Origin: a virus
Lineage: Duplodnaviria > Caudoviricetes
DNA: 27,877 nucleotides
Strand: one strand, 5' to 3'
IMG/VR virus record: IMGVR_UViG_3300044228_003731
Location: 1-27,877 of that record
Shown: piece by piece, positions 1-6,778 of the stretch
Layout of the letters: each line of letters starts with the position of its first letter
Position numbering within the stretch: position 1 is the stretch's first letter
Translations under genes and position numbers: made by a program
The notes under the pieces: generated by a model
What the model saw: the letters and a program-made list of their open reading frames with translations, nothing else
Told to the model about the DNA's origin: nothing
The model's database searches: none

Positions 1-144
1 TACTTCCATACAATATTTAGTCTGCGTTTTCTGCCGCCTTGCTTTCTGATCCCAGTAGTCATACTCTACACGAACTACGGGCTCACGCTCTTCACGCTTG
101 TTGTTACGCTGTATGATATTTTTATTTATGTGAATAATTTTCAT
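1..144 (-). CDS. Conserved phage hypothetical protein, truncated by window edge (MKIIHINKNIIQRNNKREEREPVVRVEY...)
   Basis: Translated by hand. ATG at 144 overlaps the TGA of the upstream gene (ATGA) and the frame is open to position 1. The IH(I/V)N...N.K....EPV pattern is recalled from marine phage proteins. Confidence 0.8.
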   Translation of the reverse strand, partial: MKIIHINKNIIQRNNKREEREPVVRVEYDYWDQKARRQKTQTKYCMEV

Positions 145-491
145 TGTTTGATCCCCTGTTCTCTAGCGGCGTCTTGCATGATCTGGGTTAGAACTGGCTC
201 CAGCTTTTCATCTAATCTTCGAAACTGGGTATCACCAATCCCACCCCTACAGTAAACGGATACTTTAAAGAATTGATGAAAATGAGAACGTCTATTCATC
301 AAGCCATTATTAAACAGATCATATAATAAATTGCTGGCAACACGAAAGCGCTCCAAATATTTATTTTTAGATCTGCCCTGTGGGATTTTACCATCAAAGG
401 GCACCAGCGCGATAAGCTCGTCGTAAAGACAACTAAACCCCTCATTAACCGCCCAAGAGCTCTTGAATAAATTTAATTGATCCCCGTACAT
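141..491 (-). CDS. Phage hypothetical protein (YDLFNNG motif)
   Basis: 116-aa ORF; TAATG coupling with the upstream gene; GGGGGTGAG upstream. Confidence 0.8.
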   Translation of the reverse strand: MYGDQLNLFKSSWAVNEGFSCLYDELIALVPFDGKIPQGRSKNKYLERFRVASNLLYDLFNNGLMNRRSHFHQFFKVSVYCRGGIGDTQFRRLDEKLEPVLTQIMQDAAREQGIKQ

Positions 492-742
492 TACTCACCC
501 CCCAAGAACGTACCCGAACCATCATAAGATATTTTAGAAACCCTAACATTTTTTAGAATTTCATGAATATCAGCAAGCTTAATTCTAACGTACTTATACT
601 TTTTAAAAAGTTCAGGGTTAGATAAGGTTTTCATATCAATCTCAGCATCAGAACAAACAGATACAATTTGCAAAAGATTTTTTAAGTCTCTTTGGTTAAG
701 ACACACACCCTCAAAGTCGACCATGTAAAATTGCTCAGTCAT
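491..742 (-). CDS. Hypothetical protein
   Basis: Start moved to ATG 742 (MTEQFY): SD GAGGAG upstream and ATGA overlap with the previous stop. Confidence 0.7.
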   Translation of the reverse strand: MTEQFYMVDFEGVCLNQRDLKNLLQIVSVCSDAEIDMKTLSNPELFKKYKYVRIKLADIHEILKNVRVSKISYDGSGTFLGGE

Positions 743-1059
743 TTTGGCTCCTCCCACAAATAATCTAATTGGTAAGCGCTGGCGTCCTTAAAGCCACCAG
801 CATTAAATTGATCTAACAATTTGTCATGGACAATAGCTAGTCTGCGCTGGATACGTTCCATTTCACTTTGGTTATACTTGCCCATAAACTCAACTCCATC
901 TAATTGAAGTTCAGTTCTACCGCCAAACTCTTGGATCTCTCCAGCTATTTGCTTAAAGGCCGCACGAAGCGTAGCAATCTGCAAGTAAGTAACCATTTTA
1001 AGTGGGGACAGCTTCAGGCTATCCCAGTCAGGTTGTATTGGATCTTCATATTTTGTCAT
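739..1059 (-). CDS. Hypothetical protein
   Basis: Start moved to ATG 1059 (MTKYED), preceded by AGGAGAAAACT. Confidence 0.75.
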   Translation of the reverse strand: MTKYEDPIQPDWDSLKLSPLKMVTYLQIATLRAAFKQIAGEIQEFGGRTELQLDGVEFMGKYNQSEMERIQRRLAIVHDKLLDQFNAGGFKDASAYQLDYLWEEPK

Positions 1060-1086
1060 AGTTTTCTCCTGTCTAGTTAGTGACAA

Positions 1087-1140
1087 TATCGCATAGATAA
1101 ACTATTAGACTGGACAAATCAAGTAAAAAATTTTATCCCA
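1087..1140 (-). promoter_or_regulatory. Putative sigma70-like promoter with TG(G/C)GATA motifs
   Basis: TTGATT (1122-1117), 17 nt, TATCTA (1099-1094), then TGCGATA; a second TGGGATA at 1140-1134. Confidence 0.5.
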
Positions 1141-1563
1141 TTGAAAAGGTTGTTTACCTTTGAACTCTGGCTTGACCTTATCCAAACCGTCCATCTTCAG
1201 ATCTACAGCGTCAGAACCCTTAAACAAATAGATCTCTGCTACATCAGACGGCGTAGGTTGTTTCTTCACCAGTACCCAGCACGAACCCTTCCCGTGTCTG
1301 GTTAACCACGCTACTTGTGACGGACGTAAATCTACTTTATTGCTTGTGGTATATTTAAGCTCTACAAAATGAAAAGCACCCAGCTGGTCACACATCAACA
1401 GATCTGGTATTCCAGATCCCACCCAGTTTTCAATTCTGGTTAGTATCAGTTTGTAATTCGAGCGACTCGCTGCTTCCTTTACTTGCTTGTAAAATCCGCT
1501 CTCTCGCTTTATTGCGGTTACTGGTATTTTCTTCAGGTGTGATGTCGATTGTGACTGGGGCAT
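1105..1563 (-). CDS. VRR-NUC / PD-(D/E)XK nuclease (Holliday-junction-resolvase-like)
   Basis: Motifs RES.FY, GIPDL, FVELK and LRPSQVAW. The start is uncertain because it overlaps terS by 134 nt. Confidence 0.85.
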   Translation of the reverse strand: MPQSQSTSHLKKIPVTAIKRESGFYKQVKEAASRSNYKLILTRIENWVGSGIPDLLMCDQLGAFHFVELKYTTSNKVDLRPSQVAWLTRHGKGSCWVLVKKQPTPSDVAEIYLFKGSDAVDLKMDGLDKVKPEFKGKQPFQWDKIFYLICPV

Positions 1564-2053
1564 AACTATTTTTAATCTCCTCTAATGCTTTCATTACTTC
1601 TTCCTTAGACATACTGTCTATGCTCCCGTGCCGTATTTCTGATTTATTCACGTAAATATCCCCTTGCGCCATGCCTCGGGCTTTCTCCGCCATAACAGCC
1701 GCAGAGTAAGCACCATTCTGAAGCGCCAGATCACGGATAGTTTGCAGATCACGGATATGCCTGTGAAAAGTAATCCCGTACTTCTCGTCCAGCTCGCGCC
1801 TATATTCTTTAATAGCATGACATACGTGTGGTGATATTCTGGGGTTAGTAAGCTCATAGGCTCTAGTATGTGCAGAGCCAACAGAGTAGCCAGCGTTGAT
1901 TGCTGCCTCTCTAAAGGTTATCTGCCCGTCCTTGCTTACCAGCTCTTTTACAAACAGTTCTTGCTTTCGTGTTAGTGGGCTATGTATATCAGCTGGTCTT
2001 CTACCGCGTGTTTCGTATTGTATTCCTGATTTAGTAGGTCTTCGTCTTGCCAT
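1430..2053 (-). CDS. terS: Terminase small subunit
   Basis: N-terminal HTH pattern LTRKQELFV...AAINAGYS..SA...AYEL...P.V, followed by a helical oligomerisation region (YSAAVMAEKARG). Confidence 0.85.
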   Translation of the reverse strand: MARRRPTKSGIQYETRGRRPADIHSPLTRKQELFVKELVSKDGQITFREAAINAGYSVGSAHTRAYELTNPRISPHVCHAIKEYRRELDEKYGITFHRHIRDLQTIRDLALQNGAYSAAVMAEKARGMAQGDIYVNKSEIRHGSIDSMSKEEVMKALEEIKNSYAPVTIDITPEENTSNRNKARERILQASKGSSESLELQTDTNQN

Positions 2054-2082
2054 GTGTTAATCCAGTTAAAAAGGTCTAGTTC

Positions 2083-2332
2083 GTTATTTCTCTATATACT
2101 ATAGACACAAAATAAAAAAAATAAAAAACCATTTACCCCCCCATTAAGGAACATTTGTTAAATAAGTCTGTAGTAACATAAGTGAAAACAGTAGTGTTAC
2201 CTATTATGTTACCCTAAAAGTCTATATAAATAAGGGGTTTTAGGGCAAAGTAACACGGGTAACACGGGTAACGGCATTTTTTTTCAAAAAAATATTTTTT
2301 TATTTCTAGCTCTATATATATAGGGAAATAAC
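2083..2332. repeat. AT-rich non-coding element with nested inverted repeats and GTTAC/GTAAC iterons (candidate replication origin or packaging site)
   Basis: Outer imperfect IR GTTATTTCTCTATATACTATAGA (2083-2105) / TCTATATATATAGGGAAATAAC (2311-2332). Inner IR CCCTAAAA (2212-2219) / TTTTAGGG (2238-2245). GTTAC at 2196 and 2208; GTAAC at 2173, 2250, 2259 and 2268. Confidence 0.75.
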
Positions 2333-2511
2333 TACAACAAGTGCCAAGAGTTCCGAAAACGACCATCATTATACTCTTTTTGTTTCGTGAGCATCTGTTC
2401 AGCGTCTTTGCGATTTGTCACGTTATTCGTGATCCGATGTCCAGCGGCCTCGATATAATACAAGCGTTTATTGTCGAAGCCTTTTATTTCTTTAATAACA
2501 AACTTATCCAA
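2332..2511 (-). CDS. Small hypothetical protein, 59 aa (MDKFVIKEIKGFDNKRLYYIEAAGHRIT...)
   Basis: Translated by hand. The TTG start overlaps the end of the upstream gene and the ORF fills the gap to the non-coding element. No clear SD. Confidence 0.5.
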   Translation of the reverse strand: MDKFVIKEIKGFDNKRLYYIEAAGHRITNNVTNRKDAEQMLTKQKEYNDGRFRNSWHLL

Positions 2512-2821
2512 CGGACATTTGGTGCAGCAGTTCTTTTACTTGCGTGGCGTCGCTACACTCTTTTAATTTTTTCTTATAAAATGTCGATGTAAACTTTGGC
2601 AGCTCCCTATCAAAACGTTGCTGCGCCATGATCTCATCTTTCTTTCTGCACTCCAGCTCGTAAAAGAGCTCATCATTCTCCAGCTTAAATGTTTTTGCCT
2701 CTGAGTGTTCGTCACGTATCTTACAGATCTGCTGCACCAGCATATTAACATTGATACGTATCTTTACTTGCTTTTCTGAGAACTGTCGTATTTCTTTTGT
2801 AGTTAGTGGTGTTATCTTCAT
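2504..2821 (-). CDS. Hypothetical protein
   Basis: 105-aa ORF; ATGA overlap; AAGGAA upstream. Confidence 0.65.
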   Translation of the reverse strand: MKITPLTTKEIRQFSEKQVKIRINVNMLVQQICKIRDEHSEAKTFKLENDELFYELECRKKDEIMAQQRFDRELPKFTSTFYKKKLKECSDATQVKELLHQMSVG

Positions 2822-3054
2822 GGTTGTTTCCTTAGCATTTCTAATACGGTGATGAGCGCATCAACAGCTCCTACATTGTAAGACGCCTCTTCAGGCGAGA
2901 TCTGTGGACTATTAATATTGATCTGTTTATAACTTAGTATCTGCTGCTCCACGTATTCGGTTATTATTTCTATTTTAAGACTAAGTTTTCCCATATGTTT
3001 CATGGCCTGTGTGTGGTTGCCCACGACTTTTGGGTTAATGTTTTTTATGCCCAT
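2818..3054 (-). CDS. Hypothetical protein
   Basis: Likely start ATG 3054 after GAGGATAAAG (the track starts at 3066). Confidence 0.6.
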   Translation of the reverse strand: MGIKNINPKVVGNHTQAMKHMGKLSLKIEIITEYVEQQILSYKQININSPQISPEEASYNVGAVDALITVLEMLRKQP

Positions 3055-3226
3055 CTTTATCCTCATTCATTATCATGTCGGCTAAGTTTTCAAAATCTTG
3101 CGCGATATACACTATGTTTGTGTATTGTATATACTTAGCTATTTTTATTATTTTCTTTGTTTCATCGTCGTCGGGGAGCAAGCCGCGCTCCCCATATTCT
3201 ATAATATAGCGGAGGACCTGTTCCAC
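3035..3226 (-). CDS. Hypothetical protein
   Basis: GTG start coupled to the upstream TAG (TAGTG); AGGA upstream. Confidence 0.6.
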   Translation of the reverse strand: MEQVLRYIIEYGERGLLPDDDETKKIIKIAKYIQYTNIVYIAQDFENLADMIMNEDKDGHKKH

Positions 3227-3384
3227 TAGAGTCCTAGTACTTCCCGTAAAATACCGCTCGGTACGGGGCTATCCTCATCTATTTTACCTATGCGCAATGT
3301 AACGTACCCATCATCGTTTATTTCTATATACGATACATCGTCTGTTAGATTATTCAAAGCATTGGTTAGCTCATTCCATGTCAT
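3226..3384 (-). CDS. Small acidic hypothetical protein, 52 aa (MTWNELTNALNNLTDDVSYIEINDDGYVTLRIGK...)
   Basis: Not in the ORF track. Strong SD GGAGG 6 nt before ATG; fills the gap between neighbours exactly. Confidence 0.7.
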   Translation of the reverse strand: MTWNELTNALNNLTDDVSYIEINDDGYVTLRIGKIDEDSPVPSGILREVLGL

Positions 3385-3715
3385 CGTCTTCCTCCATACT
3401 TATATGTCTATCTATTTCGTCAATCGCGCCTTTTAGTTCTTTTACTGTGGCGTGTATGTTTGACGGATCTTGTCGAGCTTCGGGACAATTACGGAGCGTG
3501 TCGTAAGAGTCATCTATCAAGCGCAGTAAAACTTTCTTAGCTATACTGAGCTCGCTTGGCGGTTCTTCTAAACTCTCGGTAATTATATTGTCCTTCTTCT
3601 TGGCCCATGTTTCGAGAGCTGGTATGCAGACCTCGTAATATTCCTCGCACGTAAACGTTCCGATTTCCTCGGACCAAGAGCCCGTTTCACTTTGTAGATG
3701 TACCCGTACTGTCAT
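3371..3715 (-). CDS. Phage hypothetical protein
   Basis: 114-aa ORF with SD GGAGAG; first gene after the promoter at 3774. Confidence 0.75.
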   Translation of the reverse strand: MTVRVHLQSETGSWSEEIGTFTCEEYYEVCIPALETWAKKKDNIITESLEEPPSELSIAKKVLLRLIDDSYDTLRNCPEARQDPSNIHATVKELKGAIDEIDRHISMEEDDDME

Positions 3716-3739
3716 TTATCTCTCCATAGTTGTTGTGTT

Positions 3740-3774
3740 TATCCCATACAATCACAGATAAAAGGTCCTGTCAA
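3740..3774 (-). promoter_or_regulatory. Putative promoter with TATGGGATA motif
   Basis: Perfect TTGACA (3774-3769) directly after a terminator; degenerate -10 overlapped by TATGGGATA (3748-3740). Confidence 0.55.
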
Positions 3775-3778
3775 CACG

Positions 3779-3808
3779 AAAAAAGCCCCCCAGAAAACTG
3801 AGGGGCTT
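3779..3808 (-). terminator. Rho-independent terminator
   Basis: AAGCCCCUCAG-UUUU-CUGGGGGGCUU hairpin running into a U tract. Confidence 0.85.
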
Positions 3809-3848
3809 CCAACATAACTACGGGAGAGGGCCTATGACTTCCCTCAGT
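3779..3848 (-). ncRNA. Candidate ~70-nt small RNA with anti-SD segment
   Basis: Has its own promoter (3882-3854), no credible ORF, and ends at an intrinsic terminator. Contains CUCUCCCGUAGUUAUGUUG. Confidence 0.55.
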
Positions 3849-3853
3849 ATCCA

Positions 3854-3882
3854 GTTATACGCGAGTATATAAGACTTTACAA
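3854..3882 (-). promoter_or_regulatory. Sigma70-like promoter
   Basis: TTGTAA (3882-3877), 17 nt, TATAAC (3859-3854). The -35 contains the TAA stop of the upstream gene. Confidence 0.6.
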
Positions 3883-4128
3883 GCTTTTTTTTGATTTTTT
3901 ATTATTAAAGCCGTCAGGCGTGATAAAACTTTTTTTCATATCGGTTCGAATACGTTTGATAGTTTCTTCATCGTCAAAAATTTTAGAGTAGTCTACCTCT
4001 TTTTTCTTTTTTCGGCGTGTCATATGTTTAATTGTTTCTAAAACTTCCTTACTGAAGTGGCGTATTTGGTGGTCAGTGTTTGTTTTTTTGAGAAAATTAT
4101 TAATGTTTGCTAAATATTCTAATTTCAT
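3877..4128 (-). CDS. Lys-rich hypothetical protein
   Basis: 83-aa ORF with ATGA overlap. Confidence 0.6.
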   Translation of the reverse strand: MKLEYLANINNFLKKTNTDHQIRHFSKEVLETIKHMTRRKKKKEVDYSKIFDDEETIKRIRTDMKKSFITPDGFNNKKSKKSL

Positions 4129-4358
4129 TTCATAAACTCGGGTTTGCGTAAAGGTATACGTATCTCGGGGAGATAGGTATCTACTTTAACACAATTTTTT
4201 TGGCCGACAATAGGATCGTTTTGCTGGCCTAACATTTCTGCGTAGTGTTCGCATTGATCAAAATTTTCAAAGTAAATACGGTGGATAGCACGCTGGTCAC
4301 TCTCGATATCGGGCACGGTTATCAGGTACAATATAAAGTAAACAATATCAGGCGTCAT
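4125..4358 (-). CDS. Small protein with hydrophobic N-terminus and two Cys (possibly exported or membrane-anchored)
   Basis: IVYFILYLITV segment, then F.....C...C; SD AGAGGA. Confidence 0.65.
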   Translation of the reverse strand: MTPDIVYFILYLITVPDIESDQRAIHRIYFENFDQCEHYAEMLGQQNDPIVGQKNCVKVDTYLPEIRIPLRKPEFMK

Positions 4359-4545
4359 AGTCTAATCCTCTGTAGTCCACAGTATAACTATTTTCAACCG
4401 CTTCACCCTCATGCGGTATACGAAACCGTATATTAACTTGTGTATGATCCCGATACTCTGTTTCGCGTAGCGACCACTTCGATACGGGGCACTTTTCTAG
4501 CCACAAATCAAACTCTGTACGAGCGGTATATTCTTTCTTCGTCAT
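4348..4545 (-). CDS. Hypothetical protein
   Basis: 65 aa; SD AGGAGAAAGAT before ATG. Confidence 0.7.
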   Translation of the reverse strand: MTKKEYTARTEFDLWLEKCPVSKWSLRETEYRDHTQVNIRFRIPHEGEAVENSYTVDYRGLDYDA

Positions 4546-4573
4546 ATCTTTCTCCTATAGTAATATATATAAC

Positions 4574-4608
4574 TTATCCCATATTATAGCCAAATTTTTT
4601 TACGTCAA
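4574..4608 (-). promoter_or_regulatory. Putative promoter with TATGGGATAA motif
   Basis: TTGACG (4608-4603); TAATAT at 16-nt spacing or TATAAT at 14-nt spacing; overlapped by TATGGGATAA (4583-4574). Confidence 0.55.
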
Positions 4609-4763
4609 GGCTTAGGGTCAAGCTTTTCTTTTAATTTATTATAAATTTGCCAGATAATTTTTAGCTGGCCGCTGATTGTTCGTCCGCGATCCGAGCTCGT
4701 CCGCTTAATTTCCTCGTAAACTTCTTTGGGAACGAGAACCGATTTCCATTTTTCTGTGTCCAT
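4605..4763 (-). CDS. Ribbon-helix-helix (Arc/CopG-like) DNA-binding protein, 52 aa
   Basis: Translated by hand: MDTEKWKSVLVPKEVYEEIKRTSSDRGRTISGQLKIIWQIYNKLKEKLDPKP. Pattern is beta strand (KSVLVP), helix, GRTIS turn, helix. SD AAGGA and a dedicated promoter. Confidence 0.75.
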   Translation of the reverse strand: MDTEKWKSVLVPKEVYEEIKRTSSDRGRTISGQLKIIWQIYNKLKEKLDPKP

Positions 4764-4780
4764 AAGGGGTCCTTATATAG

Positions 4781-4820
4781 TATCTTACAGGACTATATAA
4801 GATAATATGTAAAGATGCAA
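4781..4820 (-). promoter_or_regulatory. Sigma70-like promoter of the RHH gene with palindromic operator
   Basis: TTGCAT (4820-4815), 17 nt, TATAGT (4797-4792). IR TATCTTA (4781-4787)-N10-TAAGATA (4798-4804) flanks the -10. Confidence 0.65.
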
Positions 4821-4821
4821 G

Positions 4822-4846
4822 AAAAAAAGCCCCGCCAAGCGGGGCT
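4822..4846 (-). terminator. Rho-independent terminator downstream of polA
   Basis: AGCCCCGC-UUG-GCGGGGCU followed by a U tract. Confidence 0.88.
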
Positions 4847-4873
4847 AGGGTGGGAGGAAAGAACCGAAAAAGT
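4822..4873 (-). ncRNA. Candidate ~52-nt CU-rich small RNA (or polA 3' UTR)
   Basis: Extended -10 TG-A-TATACT (4888-4880) built on the polA stop codon; body UUCUUUCCUCCCACCC; ends at the terminator. Confidence 0.35.
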
Positions 4874-4885
4874 GTTAGCAGTATA

Positions 4886-6778
4886 TCATTTGGCTGTTCC
4901 CCAGTCGGGGCCAACCTCAATGTCACACTTGCTCGGTATTTCTAATTCTACCGCAGTTTCCATAATCTGCGAAACAGTTTCTGCCTCTTTCCTATCTTTG
5001 ACCGACATAGCTATTTCATCATGGATCTGTATGAGCGGTATACGGCCTGTATTGTAGATATTAACCATGGCTTGTTTGGTCATATCGGCGGCTGACGCCT
5101 GAATTAATCTATTCAGGGCCTTGTAGGTGTACGCACGCTTCAGGCGTGTGGTATCGCCATGCTCTTGCACCGCTTCGCGGTACGGGAGGGCTTTGTTCAT
5201 CTCGAATGTATCGGGCTCCCACAGATCAAAACGACACTTACGGCCCAGCAACGAGCGTATCGAGCCGCTGCTGCTCTTGTCGTTGAGTCTATTTTGCACG
5301 CCAGTCATTAGCATCTTAACAAAGGGCACCCGTGTATGATACTGACGCACCAGCTCTCGGGCTTCGTCAAGCGTGATATCCAGCTGGTCAGACATTTTGC
5401 CCACTCCCATACCGTACATCAGGCCCAAGTTTATTGTCTTTGCTTGCTTTCGTGGTATTTGTGCCATTTCGGCAACCATTGTATGAAAGTCCATATCGGG
5501 ATTGTTCCGATAGCCGTGGACAAACTCCTCTACACCGTCCAGCGTGAGCCCTTTGCTTTTACCATACACATACGCATAGTGAACCAATATGCGTGGTTCC
5601 TGTTGCGAGAAGTCAATCGCGGCCCATTTTTCGCCCTCTTCGGGGAGGAACAGAGAGCGAATCATAGGACCAAGCTCAGGATCCCGTGCTGGGATCTGCT
5701 GTAGGTTCGGGTTATTCATGGATATACGCCCTGACACAGTACCGCCGTCGTCGGAGCGTATTTGATTTATGTGGCTGTGTATGCGCCCGTCGGAGTGACA
5801 ATGCTTCATAATTGTATTGATAAACGTCCCCGAGGTCTTGTTTAAGTTACGGGCTTGGACAATCAGCTGCGGTAGTTCGTGGCTGTGATCACTCAGAAAT
5901 TGTTTCGTGAACGAGGGTGCCCCTTTGTCGGTCCGTGGGTAATCTATGCTCAGAGCCTCAAAGGCCTTCGCTATGGAGGCGGCAGCCCATATTTCGATGT
6001 CGTGGCCCACAAGTTTCTTAATGCGCCCCAGTATCTCTTTTTCGCGTTTTAGGAGCGAATTGCGTGTATGCTCAACCTTATCTTGATCTACACGGACACC
6101 GCGCCATGTCATATCAATCAGGCACGGGAGTAGATCGAGCTCAAGATTAGCGATTGGCCACAGATCTTCTTTACCCAGTTGTCCTGATAAATAGTTCCAG
6201 AGTTCGAGTGTGAGCTCGGCGTCACCTTCGGCATACGGTCCGACATACATGGCTGGCATCTTCCAGAGCTCGGCTTTTGGGTCCAGACCAAACCCACGTG
6301 CGGCTTCTATCAGGTTCTTTTCGGACTTGACCTTACCCAGATGATCGTAAGCCAGCGCATTTAGACTATAGCTAAACCGGTTCTCGTCCAAGAGCGACGC
6401 TATCAGCATGGTATCTATAATGCGTCCATTAAGCGTGAAGCCCATGCGGCGTATCCAGCCAGCATCATACTGGGCATTGTGCATGATTTTGTCTGCTGGG
6501 CTTTCAAAGACTTTCTTTAGCCATTTGTTTACCACACGCTCGTCAAGATTACCGCCATACTTATGACGAATGGGTATATAGCCGGACCAATCACTCACGG
6601 CTATGGCGTAACCAACAACTTCTCCATCGCCAGTTGCCCAACCAGCTCCCATTGTCTTGATGTTGGGATCGCGTGTTTCGACATCTATTGCTATTTGCTT
6701 GGCCTCAAATATGTTTGGCAGCTCACTAGGCGGCAACCATTCTGACTTTGGCGTATCAAACGCTAACTGCAAGGCCAT
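4886..6778 (-). CDS. polA: Phage family A DNA polymerase with 3'-5' exonuclease domain
   Basis: ExoI IDVET, ExoII HNAQYD, ExoIII YAEGD; motif A DFSQQEPR, motif B RKQAKTINLGLMYG, motif C IHDE. Start moved to ATG 6778 (TAATG coupling, SD AGGAG). Confidence 0.97.
   Translation of the reverse strand: MALQLAFDTPKSEWLPPSELPNIFEAKQIAIDVETRDPNIKTMGAGWATGDGEVVGYAIAVSDWSGYIPIRHKYGGNLDERVVNKWLKKVFESPADKIMHNAQYDAGWIRRMGFTLNGRIIDTMLIASLLDENRFSYSLNALAYDHLGKVKSEKNLIEAARGFGLDPKAELWKMPAMYVGPYAEGDAELTLELWNYLSGQLGKEDLWPIANLELDLLPCLIDMTWRGVRVDQDKVEHTRNSLLKREKEILGRIKKLVGHDIEIWAAASIAKAFEALSIDYPRTDKGAPSFTKQFLSDHSHELPQLIVQARNLNKTSGTFINTIMKHCHSDGRIHSHINQIRSDDGGTVSGRISMNNPNLQQIPARDPELGPMIRSLFLPEEGEKWAAIDFSQQEPRILVHYAYVYGKSKGLTLDGVEEFVHGYRNNPDMDFHTMVAEMAQIPRKQAKTINLGLMYGMGVGKMSDQLDITLDEARELVRQYHTRVPFVKMLMTGVQNRLNDKSSSGSIRSLLGRKCRFDLWEPDTFEMNKALPYREAVQEHGDTTRLKRAYTYKALNRLIQASAADMTKQAMVNIYNTGRIPLIQIHDEIAMSVKDRKEAETVSQIMETAVELEIPSKCDIEVGPDWGTAK

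Noticed and set aside
2250-2274. Short direct repeats considered as a CRISPR array
   Set aside because: 9-bp tandem units with no spacers and no cas genes; better explained as iterons.
2341-2592. 83-aa hydrophobic plus-strand ORF
   Set aside because: Antisense to two minus-strand ORFs in an otherwise co-oriented operon; the hydrophobicity is expected from the complement of Lys/Glu-rich codons.
3779-3850. tRNA considered because of the ~70-nt length and paired ends
   Set aside because: No T-loop GTTCRA, D-loop or cloverleaf; it ends in an intrinsic terminator.
4705-4926. 73-aa minus-strand ORF and the overlapping 4815-5057 plus-strand ORF
   Set aside because: Both run through a terminator and promoter. 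The credible gene here is the 52-aa RHH ORF in another frame.
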